Origin: Candidatus Liptonbacteria bacterium
Lineage (GTDB): Bacteria; Patescibacteriota; Minisyncoccia; UBA6257; 2-01-FULL-56-20
Assembly: GCA_023244895.1 (NCBI GenBank)
Contig: JAHFLL010000001.1
Location: 553,802 to 617,801, forward strand
DNA length: 64,000 nt
Reading direction: 5' to 3'
This document shows, piece after piece, positions 35,930-45,659 of this stretch (the stretch's first letter is position 1; every line of letters starts with the position of its first letter). Made by a program: the position numbers and the translations under genes. The notes beneath the pieces were generated by a model that was not told the DNA's origin, ran no database searches, and was given only the letters and a program-made list of their open reading frames with translations.

Positions 35930-37425
35930 CGCGCGGTAGTGGGCGGAAGTTTAACTTCTGAAATTCTTGGAGTCTGTCTTAATTTGTCCGAAAATTGGGA
36001 GATGTTTTCGTAAGTTGGAGCCTCCCCGGAAATATCTACCCTAAGGTTATATCCGGGAAAGTTCATACGCACCAGGTCTATCTTGTTCTCATCCATAATC
36101 AACTTAAGCATTTTTGCCACCTCATAGCGTGGCTCCATCGTCTTAAGTGCGGCAGAAATCATACCAATAGAGCTATTAAAATCGGAGACTCTGGCCTGAA
36201 GCTCTCCTATCTCCTTGGCTCGCCCCACATTAAGATTGAGGTAGGTATTGTTTTGCTCAATAGACCTGAGTGTCTGGCGCAGAAAAATATCTCCACCCAC
36301 GAAAGCAAGAAGCAGTACGCTGAGCGCCACCGGCAAAAGGACCATCCAAAACTCTAAAAATCCGACCAGAAGGCCCCTTCTAAACTCTTCGCGAGCGCTT
36401 ATGCCAAGTAGACTTATCTCCTTGTCATCCCTGGGAGAAATAAGTCCCCGCAGACCGCTACCGATCGCCACAAACCAAGCCGGACTTATCTTCTGGGGAA
36501 AATTAAGCTCCAAACTTAAAACCTTAATTGAAAAATTACCCTGGATGATGCTGACCAGAGCCTCTTCTAAGCCGGTGGCGGCAATATAAAATCCAGCCAA
36601 GGGTTCGTTCCAATGAGTATTATAAAAATTAAGCACCTGGTGCACGCTGCGCACTACCTCTGACGTAAACTTCTCTTGAGAAATCTGCCTCTCTTCCCCG
36701 TAAATATTGTGCCAAGGCAAAAAATACTGAAAATAGATGTTGCCCCGACGGATGACCACGAACTCCATACCACTGCCATCCACGCTTAGGGCCAGGTAAG
36801 ATTTCTCTAAATTGAAACCCGCCCCCAGCTCCCGGATGGCTCTGGCTAAAGCGGCGGCGCGAGATTCCACGGAATGGACCTCAAATCCCATGTCCTTGAG
36901 AGATTGGGCGATTTCGTCTACTAAGCCCCGCTCAATAAAAGCGCTCAGAATCTCTAACCGCACCGCGTTCTGGTCTTCCCCTACCAGCTGCCAGCCGGAA
37001 TAGTTTTCGGAATCTTTCTTGGGAGAAGCCATCTGAATATTAAGCTGGACGGCCTTCTCCAGGTTCTCTTCCTGAATCATGGGCAAAGAAAAGACTTGGC
37101 TATAGACGCTAACCGAGCTCAGAGAAACAGCCACATCTACTTTTTTGCGATTGCCCTGGATGGCAATAATTTGGTCCTTAAGTTGCCGTAAAGCCTGCCG
37201 GAAAGAGACCGGGTCTTGGATCTTGCCGGAAAGCATTAATCCGGGAGGCAGACGTAACACCGTTAAATACCAACGTACGCCGTCCCAGCAGGCATAGCGC
37301 AGGGCGGTATCCGAGATTTCCAGACCGCCAATCACTGGACTGACCTTAAGTAAAGAAAGTATTTTGCGCCAAGGCAAAAAACCGGACAACTTTCCCTGTA
37401 AATCGTTAGGAAGTGATAGGTTCAT
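35863..37425 (-). CDS. Type IV pilus alignment protein, PilM-like actin fold fused to a PilN-like TM/ferredoxin region
   Basis: GGLEISD N-terminal motif, AIGSGLRG..ISLL junction, TM helix, ISGEA; within the pilus locus. Confidence 0.7.
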   Translation of the reverse strand: MNLSLPNDLQGKLSGFLPWRKILSLLKVSPVIGGLEISDTALRYACWDGVRWYLTVLRLPPGLMLSGKIQDPVSFRQALRQLKDQIIAIQGNRKKVDVAVSLSSVSVYSQVFSLPMIQEENLEKAVQLNIQMASPKKDSENYSGWQLVGEDQNAVRLEILSAFIERGLVDEIAQSLKDMGFEVHSVESRAAALARAIRELGAGFNLEKSYLALSVDGSGMEFVVIRRGNIYFQYFLPWHNIYGEERQISQEKFTSEVVRSVHQVLNFYNTHWNEPLAGFYIAATGLEEALVSIIQGNFSIKVLSLELNFPQKISPAWFVAIGSGLRGLISPRDDKEISLLGISAREEFRRGLLVGFLEFWMVLLPVALSVLLLAFVGGDIFLRQTLRSIEQNNTYLNLNVGRAKEIGELQARVSDFNSSIGMISAALKTMEPRYEVAKMLKLIMDENKIDLVRMNFPGYNLRVDISGEAPTYENISQFSDKLRQTPRISEVKLPPTTARQNPEKGNWSFSISFKISPKAK

Positions 37426-37859
37426 AAAGTTAGTTGCTGCCAGCTCAACATGTCCACCTGCCCGGTGGAAGAGCTTACCGACATTATGGCTCGTATTTTT
37501 CGCTTTCTCTGGCTTACCCCCGCTTCGGAAATTATAGTTACCTGCCCCGCCACCGGCGTATTTTGAGAAACTGTCACGGTCGCGCTCGCGCCGTTTACCG
37601 GAACGGTGTAGCCAACGCTCGCAAAATCTTTATTACGATTCAATTGCATAATAGCGTCGTTTGCTCCCGCAGAAGCGGCGGCGGCGGCTTGGTTGGCTGC
37701 TTGAAATCCGAAACCGGAATTTACGAAAGTCACTACCAAAAAAGCCATGGATAGACCCGCCATGATAATGATACCACCAATTAGAAAAACTAAGGAAAGA
37801 GTAGCTTGGCCTCCCTTGGGGCTGGGACGGGAAACGTGAAATAGGTAATGTAAAAGCAC
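37422..37859 (-). CDS. Minor pilin-like protein (PilX-like)
   Basis: KGGQATL prepilin-like leader followed by a hydrophobic helix. Confidence 0.65.
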   Translation of the reverse strand: MLLHYLFHVSRPSPKGGQATLSLVFLIGGIIIMAGLSMAFLVVTFVNSGFGFQAANQAAAAASAGANDAIMQLNRNKDFASVGYTVPVNGASATVTVSQNTPVAGQVTIISEAGVSQRKRKIRAIMSVSSSTGQVDMLSWQQLTL

Positions 37860-37891
37860 GGACTAATTATAACTCGCGCGGGGGCTACATT

Positions 37892-38764
37892 CTACCTACT
37901 CCAGTTCACCAGAACATCATCTACGCGAGGACTCACTCTCTGAGAGCGATCTGAAACTAGCACGACCCTATAACGGAAATATCTATAATCATTGAAATTG
38001 AAATAGTCCAGTTTCTGAGAAGTATCAGCGGCCGGGGTATAGTAGGTGTTCTCTGTGCCATCCGGTCCGACGAACGTCCAGGGACCGCTTGAGGCATTGC
38101 TGACCGCAAACTGGAATTTTACATCCGTATTGGCTGGCTCCAGGCCCTTCCAAACAAAAGAGTTAAGCTGGGCGCCTTTTGCCGTACCCGTATCGTAAAC
38201 CGTAGAGTCTAGCGTGCCCGTAGTTGAGGTCGCGGTCCAAGACGTTTTAGCCCGATAATTAGACGCTCCGCAAACATTCGGCTCTGCGCAGTTGAAGCTG
38301 AACCAACCTGCCACGTCGTTCCAGGCATAGTTATGAAAATCTCCATTATCTGGATCAATATAAACGCGATAAGTGGAACTGCTGCAGCCATTGTTATTGT
38401 TACAATCAAAACTAATCCAACCGTAAGTGTCGTTCCAGGCATAACCGGACAGGTTCCCCAATCCGTCGTTGGTCACACCATAATTACTGACTCCGCATAT
38501 ATTACCAGCGCTTGTCGTAGCGCAATCCAAAGAAACATCTCCGGCGCTAGAACTCGCGTAACCAGTTAGTTTCTGAGAGCTAACGGAAACGGTGTTGGTA
38601 GTATAAAGATCTATCCAACCGACGATGTCGTTCCAAGCCCAATGCTCGTTAGCGACAGAACTGATATTGGTGGCTCCGTCCACTACGATACAACCAATAA
38701 AAATAGCCACTAATAAAGTTGCTAATCCTATTGACTTGGTCTTGCGCTTAAGATTACTGAGCAT
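37892..38764 (-). CDS. Secreted pilus-associated protein with three (W/Y)AWND..GW repeats
   Basis: WAWNDIVGW, YAWNDTYGW, YAWNDVAGW; C-terminal YRYFRYRV. Confidence 0.65.
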   Translation of the reverse strand: MLSNLKRKTKSIGLATLLVAIFIGCIVVDGATNISSVANEHWAWNDIVGWIDLYTTNTVSVSSQKLTGYASSSAGDVSLDCATTSAGNICGVSNYGVTNDGLGNLSGYAWNDTYGWISFDCNNNNGCSSSTYRVYIDPDNGDFHNYAWNDVAGWFSFNCAEPNVCGASNYRAKTSWTATSTTGTLDSTVYDTGTAKGAQLNSFVWKGLEPANTDVKFQFAVSNASSGPWTFVGPDGTENTYYTPAADTSQKLDYFNFNDYRYFRYRVVLVSDRSQRVSPRVDDVLVNWSR

Positions 38765-38790
38765 ATAAATGCAATCTGCTTGAAGCGGAG

Positions 38791-40059
38791 CTATAGGTTA
38801 ATCATAATCGACCCGGTGGAAGTAGTGAAATTGATATTGGTTGAGGAAGAAAAACGATTACTGACCGTGCTGGTCGGGTCGGTATACCCCCCACCGCCAG
38901 ACCAGTCGGACTGTAGGAAAATCTGACTACCGGAGCGGGTTAGATATGAAACTACCGAGCTTGTTGTTGAGCCCGGCCAGCCATAAACCACGGTTAGTTT
39001 TTTAGTGGACGGGTCCCAAGAGCCGGCCCCAGCGGTTATGTTGCCGCTTCCGTCCCTGTTCACATCATCTAGATAGAAATAACGATTATAAACTAGGGCG
39101 CGGTAGAGCTGGCTTATCTCGGAGGTGGACAGGGCACGGTTATAAACACGCGCCTCATCAACCAATCCGGCAAATTTATAGTTTAATCCGCTGTACCAAG
39201 TACCAATGAACATATCCGAAGCATAATTTCCCGCCACTGCATAGGGTCCGGCTATGCCGTCTTGCTGGCCATTTACAAAAACCCGCATATAACCACCACT
39301 GTCATAAGTCGCGGCCACGAAATACCATTGTCCCGCGCTTAAAGGGGTACTGCCATAGACGCTCCTTTGCGCGCTCGCGGCAGTCATACTCATATGCAAC
39401 ACTCTGGATGGCTGGACATTAAAATAGGGCAAGTAATGCCCCATAAACATGTTGTATGCGTTCGGGAAAGAAGAGGGATTGATCCAAGCGGTATAGGTGA
39501 AACCTTCCGAGCCAATATCATAGGCAGCAGAGTCCGGTATGCGCGCGTACTTGTTCGTCCCATCAAAGGAGCCGCAGCCATCTCCAAATTTACAACCGCT
39601 GGTCGCATGCACGTCCGTCTCAGTAGCGTTGTAATACATGGTCCCGTCCTGGACCGTAAAACTGGAATCAATAATAGAGCTCCCGACCTCGTCCATTTTC
39701 CAGTAGCCTACCAGACCGCTCAAGCTATCGATAACGACGCTTTCTGTTCCGCTCGCGACCGCGAAAGGAGAAGGGTTGAGTCTTAAAATATATTTATTGG
39801 CAGAACTGGTGGCGAGACTAGAAATGTTGTGCCAATCGGATTCTGCCCAAACCCGGACGTTGTCCATCATCTCCTTGCCTAGCGCGATAGAGACCTGCTT
39901 CTTAGTCCCGTCCGTACCACCCTTCATAGCTGGTACGATAATAGAAACCGCCGCCATAATCATAACTACCCCCACCACGGTAGCAATCAAAACTTCAATC
40001 AAAGACTGGCCACTTTGCCCATTCAATTCATTTTTATAATCATCTAGAATGTTCAACAT
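38791..40059 (-). CDS. Minor pilin carrying a LamG/concanavalin-like domain
   Basis: GQSLIEVL N-methylation site; LVGYWKMDE...DEARVYNRAL. Confidence 0.8.
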   Translation of the reverse strand: MLNILDDYKNELNGQSGQSLIEVLIATVVGVVMIMAAVSIIVPAMKGGTDGTKKQVSIALGKEMMDNVRVWAESDWHNISSLATSSANKYILRLNPSPFAVASGTESVVIDSLSGLVGYWKMDEVGSSIIDSSFTVQDGTMYYNATETDVHATSGCKFGDGCGSFDGTNKYARIPDSAAYDIGSEGFTYTAWINPSSFPNAYNMFMGHYLPYFNVQPSRVLHMSMTAASAQRSVYGSTPLSAGQWYFVAATYDSGGYMRVFVNGQQDGIAGPYAVAGNYASDMFIGTWYSGLNYKFAGLVDEARVYNRALSTSEISQLYRALVYNRYFYLDDVNRDGSGNITAGAGSWDPSTKKLTVVYGWPGSTTSSVVSYLTRSGSQIFLQSDWSGGGGYTDPTSTVSNRFSSSTNINFTTSTGSIMINL

Positions 40060-40550
40060 TAGAAACTTATTAGACCCGAAAAAGAAATGGAGATGGTAGA
40101 AGATATCTGGCTGCCGCCGGAAGTTATACCAATCGTGGTAGACGCGGAAGGAGCTCCGGTAATCTGTGAAAAAACAATGTCTTTGGTGGCACCAGAGGCA
40201 AGAGTGGAGGTCACGTAGAAAACCCTCTCGGGCAAACGATAACGACCAGCTTCTCCCGCGGCGGAATACTCGCTACCGGCAAACATGGCGTAGAAAGGAG
40301 CCGTGCTGGTAGAGTTCCAAAACCTTACCCCCCAACTGGTGCTGGATGATTGACTCATGGAATAGCTTTGTGCTTGACGCAGGAGCCCAACCATTTGACG
40401 CGCGGTAGAGTCCACCTCTGTTTTGCCTCTCCGACCCAAAAGGTTGATAAGTCCTACCGCGCTCAAAGCCACCATTAACGCGATAACTATCAATATTTCT
40501 ATTAACGTCATCCCCGCTCGGGACGAACCGCGCGCGGTAGTTTTTGCCAT
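40059..40550 (-). CDS. Minor pilin (FimT/GspH-like)
   Basis: GMTLIEILIV site; start set at MAKTT. Confidence 0.82.
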   Translation of the reverse strand: MAKTTARGSSRAGMTLIEILIVIALMVALSAVGLINLLGRRGKTEVDSTARQMVGLLRQAQSYSMSQSSSTSWGVRFWNSTSTAPFYAMFAGSEYSAAGEAGRYRLPERVFYVTSTLASGATKDIVFSQITGAPSASTTIGITSGGSQISSTISISFSGLISF

Positions 40551-40554
40551 TGAA

Positions 40555-41760
40555 TTAAAATTGGTTGGTAAGTTGATAGATTGGGACAATAATGGCCAGG
40601 GCAATGCCCCCGACCATCAAGCCCATCGCCATTAGAAGGATTGGCTCTAAAACGGACACCAGCGCGCGCACATTGGCATCCACATTAGAGGCATAGAATT
40701 CCGATATCGTCTCCAGAACTTCTTCCAAATGCCCCGCCCTCTCAGACACGGCGATAAGATTGGTTACTACCTGCGGGAAAATTTTCTCTCGCTTGAAAGA
40801 TTCTCCAATAGAAACGCCCTTGGCTAAACCTTCGTCCGCGATTCTGTTTAGGGCAACCCGGAAGTCTTCTGAGCCCACCACGTTAGCGGTAATCTTAGTA
40901 GCTTGGATAATCGGCAGTCCCGCCTTCATAAGAGCACCAAAAGTTGCCGCGAACCTTTGGACCGCCAGATCACGATATGTTTTTCTAACCACGGGCAAGC
41001 GACTTATCATTCTGTCCCCCACCCTCTTGCCCACTACGCTGAAAAAGAAAAAGTACGTGCCAAAACCAAGGACTAAGATGATGGTGGAGAGAACTCCAAT
41101 AAGATGATTATTGATGAAAAGCCCGAATCCAAAAACAATGCGCGAGAAGGTGGGAGGATTGACTCCGCTGTCGTTAAAAACCTTAGCTACTTTAGGTAGC
41201 GCGAAAGTAACTAAAAAGATAACTACAACCACCGAAGTAACAAGCAAAATGAGCGGATAGATCATCGCGGAGCGGATGCGATTCTGAAGATCCGCGTCTC
41301 TTTGAAGGGAGGTGCTTAGATCATCAAATGTCTTCTGTAAATTACCGGATGCTTCCGCGGCCTTGATTAGGTTCACCAGTACTTCCGAAAAATACTTAGG
41401 ATGCTTGGAAAAGGGTTCGTAAAATGGCCTGCCCTTAGTCAGGTTGTCGCGCACCTCTAGAAGGAAATTTTTCATGGCAGGATTTTCAAAATCCGCTATT
41501 AGTATATTAATGGCGGAAAGAAGATCTGTGCCCACCTTTAGCATCAGCGCCAGATACTTGGTCAAGAAAACCTTGTCCGTCAAAGTTATTCTTCCCCCGG
41601 TAAGCGAGATGCCCGTATCGGCTTGCTTAACGGGCTTAACCGCTACTGGACGCAATTCCTTACCATTCAGGTACTGCAAAACCCCCGCCAAGTCGTCCGC
41701 GTCGTAATCCGCTTCCACAACTCTTCCGGTTTTATCCGCCGCAACGTAGTGATAAAGCAT
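40555..41760 (-). CDS. pilC: Type IV pilus inner-membrane platform protein (PilC/GspF)
   Basis: Two T2SSF repeats, AMIYP, EPIL, PIYQL. Confidence 0.9.
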   Translation of the reverse strand: MLYHYVAADKTGRVVEADYDADDLAGVLQYLNGKELRPVAVKPVKQADTGISLTGGRITLTDKVFLTKYLALMLKVGTDLLSAINILIADFENPAMKNFLLEVRDNLTKGRPFYEPFSKHPKYFSEVLVNLIKAAEASGNLQKTFDDLSTSLQRDADLQNRIRSAMIYPLILLVTSVVVVIFLVTFALPKVAKVFNDSGVNPPTFSRIVFGFGLFINNHLIGVLSTIILVLGFGTYFFFFSVVGKRVGDRMISRLPVVRKTYRDLAVQRFAATFGALMKAGLPIIQATKITANVVGSEDFRVALNRIADEGLAKGVSIGESFKREKIFPQVVTNLIAVSERAGHLEEVLETISEFYASNVDANVRALVSVLEPILLMAMGLMVGGIALAIIVPIYQLTNQF

Positions 41761-41823
41761 GCCAGTTTTACCCGCGCGGGCGGGTTATTTTATAACATCG
41801 ACCGAGCGGTTGTGAAACTGAGC

Positions 41824-41953
41824 ACCCCGCACCATTTCTGGTAGGGTTAGTGCTATAGCTTAATCGGAGCCGGGGCGCCTGCCTGCCGGCAGGCAGGGCT
41901 ACGCCTTTTATGTTTTGTTTGTTCATAATCATTGTTTGGAAATGGTGCGGGGT
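41824..41953. repeat. 130-bp MITE/REP-like element with 15-bp terminal inverted repeats and a nested 20-bp palindrome
   Basis: accccgcaccatttc (41824-41838) / gaaatggtgcggggt (41939-41953); cctgcctgccggcaggcagg at 41878-41897. Confidence 0.7.
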
Positions 41954-42008
41954 AAAGGTGTTTGCGATAAATTTTTGCGACTTGGTCTTAAAATTTAGGC
42001 AAAGACCT

Positions 42009-43724
42009 TTACTCCCTGATAACCCTCAAAACTTCTTCCAGGGTAGTCACCCCTAACTGGACCTTTTCTAGTCCATCCTCAAACATAGTACGCCCGCCCT
42101 CTTCTCGTGCGAGCGCGCGCATTTTATCCAAATCAAAACCGGGACTGACTATCAGCTTCTTTATTGTATCGCTTACCGCCAATATTTCGAATATGCCGAT
42201 ACGGCCCCTGTAACCGGACTGACCGCAAACCGCGCAACCTTTACCTCGGAAAAACATTTTAGGCACGAGCTTCTCTGGCTCGGACATGTTCATTTCCTTC
42301 AGCTGACGCAAGACTATCTCTTTGTTTTCTGCGGATTCCTCATAGGAATACATGCAGGAGCTACAGGTTCTGCGCACCAGACGCTGGGCAACGATCAGGT
42401 TGAGCACCGAGCCCACCAAAAAGGGTGGTACGTCCAAATCGAAAAGGCGTGGCACTGCGGTGGGCGCGTCGTTGGTGTGTAAAGACGACAGGAGTAGGTG
42501 CCCGGTTAGCGCCGACTGGACGGCGATAGCCGCTGTTTCTTTATCGCGAATTTCACCCACCATAATAATGTTTGGGTCTTGACGCAAAAGAGCTCTTAAA
42601 CCGCTTGCGAAAGTAATACCTGCCTGAACGTTGATTTGGGACTGGTTGATGTAACGCATATTATATTCAATCGGGTCCTCAATGGTACAAATATTCACAT
42701 TCGGCTTATTTAAAAGATTCATTAAGGCATAAAGGGTGGTGGACTTACCGGAACCAGTCGGACCACAGACGATAAACATGCCGTAGGTTTTTTTCATATT
42801 ATCCTCCACTACCCGCGCGATTCTGGGCAGTATGCCTATCTCCTCCAAAGAGAGCGGCTTTTGGGCAGACTCCAAAAGACGCATTTCCACCTTCTCGCCA
42901 TAGAAGGTCGGCATAATTGAGACACGTACATCCACGGTCTGATTCACCACGTTGTGCCGGAAACGTCCATCTTGCGGTTTATAATGTTCGTCTATTTTAA
43001 GTCCAGACAATATCTTGAAGCGGGCCACCAGCGCGGAGTGGACCGACTTGGGAATACGAATGACCTCCCGCAATATGCCATCCACGCGATAGCGGATGAG
43101 AGTGGAATCTTCTAGTATCTCTATGTGAATATCTGAGGCACGCAGAGAAACCGCAAAGGATAAAATGTTTTCCACAATCGCGACAATCGGCAAGTCCGCG
43201 GCTGCCTCTTCTGTGGAACGGGACTGGTTACGCAAAGACTCTTGGACGTTGTCCTCTATTATCTTTTGAAAATCGTTTGTAGTTTTGTAGCCATAAATCG
43301 CGTAACCCCGATTAAGGTCCTCATTGGTGGCCAAAAATGGACGGATGCGCGTTTTGAGATATTGGGTTAGAAATTCCACTGTCTGCAAATCGTTCGGGTC
43401 CACCATGGCTACATCCAAAATCCCATCTGGCTCCACTCCAAAAATTATTGATTCTCGTTGGCGGGCGACTTCTTCCGGCAGCAACCTCAGGGCGGCTTCG
43501 TCAATATGACGCAAACCCAAATTCGCCATCTCCACGCCTAAAAGCTCGGCGATTATACCGTATAGATACTGGGCGTTCGCGATGTTTTCGGAAAGTAAAA
43601 TCTCTAAAAGATTTTGATTTTTGCGGCTGGACTCCTCCGCATAAGCGTCAAATTTTTCCGGAGAGATTATCCCGTCCGCGACTAATCTGCTCTTAAGTTG
43701 TTCCGCAGAAATTGGTAGCGCCAT
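42009..43724 (-). CDS. pilB: Type IV pilus extension ATPase (PilB/GspE)
   Basis: ASDIHIE, GPTGSGKST, LRQDP, GEIRD, TGH, two CxxC motifs. Confidence 0.93.
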   Translation of the reverse strand: MALPISAEQLKSRLVADGIISPEKFDAYAEESSRKNQNLLEILLSENIANAQYLYGIIAELLGVEMANLGLRHIDEAALRLLPEEVARQRESIIFGVEPDGILDVAMVDPNDLQTVEFLTQYLKTRIRPFLATNEDLNRGYAIYGYKTTNDFQKIIEDNVQESLRNQSRSTEEAAADLPIVAIVENILSFAVSLRASDIHIEILEDSTLIRYRVDGILREVIRIPKSVHSALVARFKILSGLKIDEHYKPQDGRFRHNVVNQTVDVRVSIMPTFYGEKVEMRLLESAQKPLSLEEIGILPRIARVVEDNMKKTYGMFIVCGPTGSGKSTTLYALMNLLNKPNVNICTIEDPIEYNMRYINQSQINVQAGITFASGLRALLRQDPNIIMVGEIRDKETAAIAVQSALTGHLLLSSLHTNDAPTAVPRLFDLDVPPFLVGSVLNLIVAQRLVRRTCSSCMYSYEESAENKEIVLRQLKEMNMSEPEKLVPKMFFRGKGCAVCGQSGYRGRIGIFEILAVSDTIKKLIVSPGFDLDKMRALAREEGGRTMFEDGLEKVQLGVTTLEEVLRVIRE

Positions 43725-43794
43725 AAATTAAAACCTGCGCCTCTATTATACCAAAAGACGACCGTTTATTCCCGCGCTTGCCAAATAATGAGAC

Positions 43795-44379
43795 CTACAA
43801 GCTAAGCATTGAGCCAACTTCAAAGGCAGCGGCTTGAGTTCCCCCATCTGTTGACTCTACGTCTCCTCCTCCCCCGTTCTGATACCTGCTACTCTCCATG
43901 TTGGCGACTAATTTAAAACTGTGATAAGTGGACGTGGCGGCATAGGCATAGTAATAAGTACTATTGTTTATCGGGTCAATAGGCAGTTGACCGAAAGGAG
44001 AACCGGAAGTAATCGCACTAAAATTGACTGGCAACCAACCCGCACTGTTTACGGCACGAGAAGTGGTAGCAACGATCGTCGTGTATCCCGCCCCAAACCA
44101 GTAATCCGAACCATTTGTGCAACGAGTTCCCGGAGAAGCGCTTATGGAGACGTAACAAGTATCCGCGCTCGCCCCAATGCTCACCGTGCCGGTTGAGTCC
44201 ACCAGATACAAAGCGATGGCGGTCTTAAGACCAGTCAGATCAGCCATACGATTTGAGTCTCTGGCTTGCTTCAGCAGCTCGGCCGGGTTAAGGGTCAAAA
44301 TAACTACCACCGACAAGACCGCGACTATCGCGATAACGACCAGAAGCTCGATAAGAGTAAAACCTTTTGTATTTTTCAT
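43795..44379 (-). CDS. Type IV major pilin, copy 3
   Basis: KG/FTLIELLVVI leader, two Cys. Confidence 0.92.
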   Translation of the reverse strand: MKNTKGFTLIELLVVIAIVAVLSVVVILTLNPAELLKQARDSNRMADLTGLKTAIALYLVDSTGTVSIGASADTCYVSISASPGTRCTNGSDYWFGAGYTTIVATTSRAVNSAGWLPVNFSAITSGSPFGQLPIDPINNSTYYYAYAATSTYHSFKLVANMESSRYQNGGGGDVESTDGGTQAAAFEVGSMLSL

Positions 44380-44403
44380 TTTATTTTTTATTTTAAATGT
44401 CGG

Positions 44404-44973
44404 TTACAGGGTCAGCATACTGCCAGTTTCATATACGGTAGTTACCGTACCACCATCCGTTGTCTCTACGTCACCACTGCCTCCGTTGGAGTAGCGAATA
44501 CTTTCCATGTTGGCGGCCAACTTGAAAGCATTATACGTACTTGTCGCGGCAAAGCCGTAGAAGTACGTACCGTTGTTGATGGGGTCCTTGGGCAATAAGC
44601 TGAAGGGAGCACCAGACGAAATAGCCGCAAAATTAACTGGTACCCAGCCGGTGCCGTTCGTATTCGTGGTGGTGGCCGAACCGGTGGAGGTGGTAACGAA
44701 AGTCGCTCCGAAATATCCGCCACAACGCGTGGGAGCGCTACTCGTAGTGGCATAGCAAACCGTATTACTACTAGTCCAACTGGTCTGCCCATCCGCCAAA
44801 TAGAGAGAAACCGCGCTCTTGATGGTGGACAAATCCGAGACACGATTTGAGTCTCTGGCTTGCTTCAGCAGCTCGGCCGGGTTAAGGGTCAAGATAACTA
44901 CCACCGACAAGACCGCGACTATTGCGATAACGACCAGAAGCTCGATAAGAGTAAAACCTTTTTGTTTATTCAT
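44404..44973 (-). CDS. Type IV major pilin, copy 2
   Basis: KG/FTLIELLVVI; GAGGT SD and upstream TATAAT. Confidence 0.92.
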   Translation of the reverse strand: MNKQKGFTLIELLVVIAIVAVLSVVVILTLNPAELLKQARDSNRVSDLSTIKSAVSLYLADGQTSWTSSNTVCYATTSSAPTRCGGYFGATFVTTSTGSATTTNTNGTGWVPVNFAAISSGAPFSLLPKDPINNGTYFYGFAATSTYNAFKLAANMESIRYSNGGSGDVETTDGGTVTTVYETGSMLTL

Positions 44974-45047
44974 TTACCTCGTTGTCGTTTTATTAAAAGA
45001 TACCAACCAAACCATGCTCGATAATTATACAATATTGAATCTCAACG

Positions 45048-45074
45048 CAAAACCCCCGGTAGGCGGGGGCTTTG
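45048..45074 (-). terminator. Terminator between pilin copies 1 and 2
   Basis: caaaacccccg / cgggggctttg. Confidence 0.7.
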
Positions 45075-45095
45075 TTTGGTCTTATTGTCCAGAAG

Positions 45096-45659
45096 CTACA
45101 GAGTCAACATGCTGCCGGTTTCATATACGGTAGTTACCGTACCACCATCCGTTGTCTCTACGTCACCACTGCCTCCGTTGGAGTAGCGAATACTTTCCAT
45201 GTTGGCGGCCAACTTGAAAGCATTATACGTACTTGTCGCGGCAAAGCCGTAAAAGTACGTACCGTTGTTGATGGGGTCAACCGGGAGCAGGCTGAAGGGA
45301 GCACCAGACGAAATAGCCGCAAAATTAACTGGTACCCAGCCGGTGCCATTGACCGCGGCTCCAGCAGTGGTTGTGGTAGTAATTTGAGTTCCAAAATACC
45401 CTCCACAACGTGTCCCAACCGTACTCGTGGTCGCGTAGCAGGTCGTCATTCCCATACCCCAAGTCGTCTGCCCGTCCGCCAAATAGAGAGAAACCGCGCT
45501 CTTGATGGTGGACAAATCCGAGACACGATTTGAGTCTCTGGCTTGCTTCAGCAGCTCGGCCGGGTTAAGGGTCAAAATAACTACCACCGACAAGACCGCG
45601 ACTATCGCGATAACGACCAGAAGCTCGATAAGAGTAAAACCTTTTTGTTTCTTAGTCAT
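45096..45659 (-). CDS. Type IV major pilin, copy 1
   Basis: KG/FTLIELLVVI; own promoter and terminator. Confidence 0.92.
   Translation of the reverse strand: MTKKQKGFTLIELLVVIAIVAVLSVVVILTLNPAELLKQARDSNRVSDLSTIKSAVSLYLADGQTTWGMGMTTCYATTSTVGTRCGGYFGTQITTTTTAGAAVNGTGWVPVNFAAISSGAPFSLLPVDPINNGTYFYGFAATSTYNAFKLAANMESIRYSNGGSGDVETTDGGTVTTVYETGSMLTL

Noticed and set aside
37828-37843. parS site
   Set aside because: Only a half-site match to TGTTTCACGTGAAACA; no full palindrome noticed in the window
44404-45659. DGR- or invertase-driven pilin variation
   Set aside because: The variable segment contains indels, the copies are in direct orientation, and no recombinase, RT or upstream G-quadruplex motif was seen
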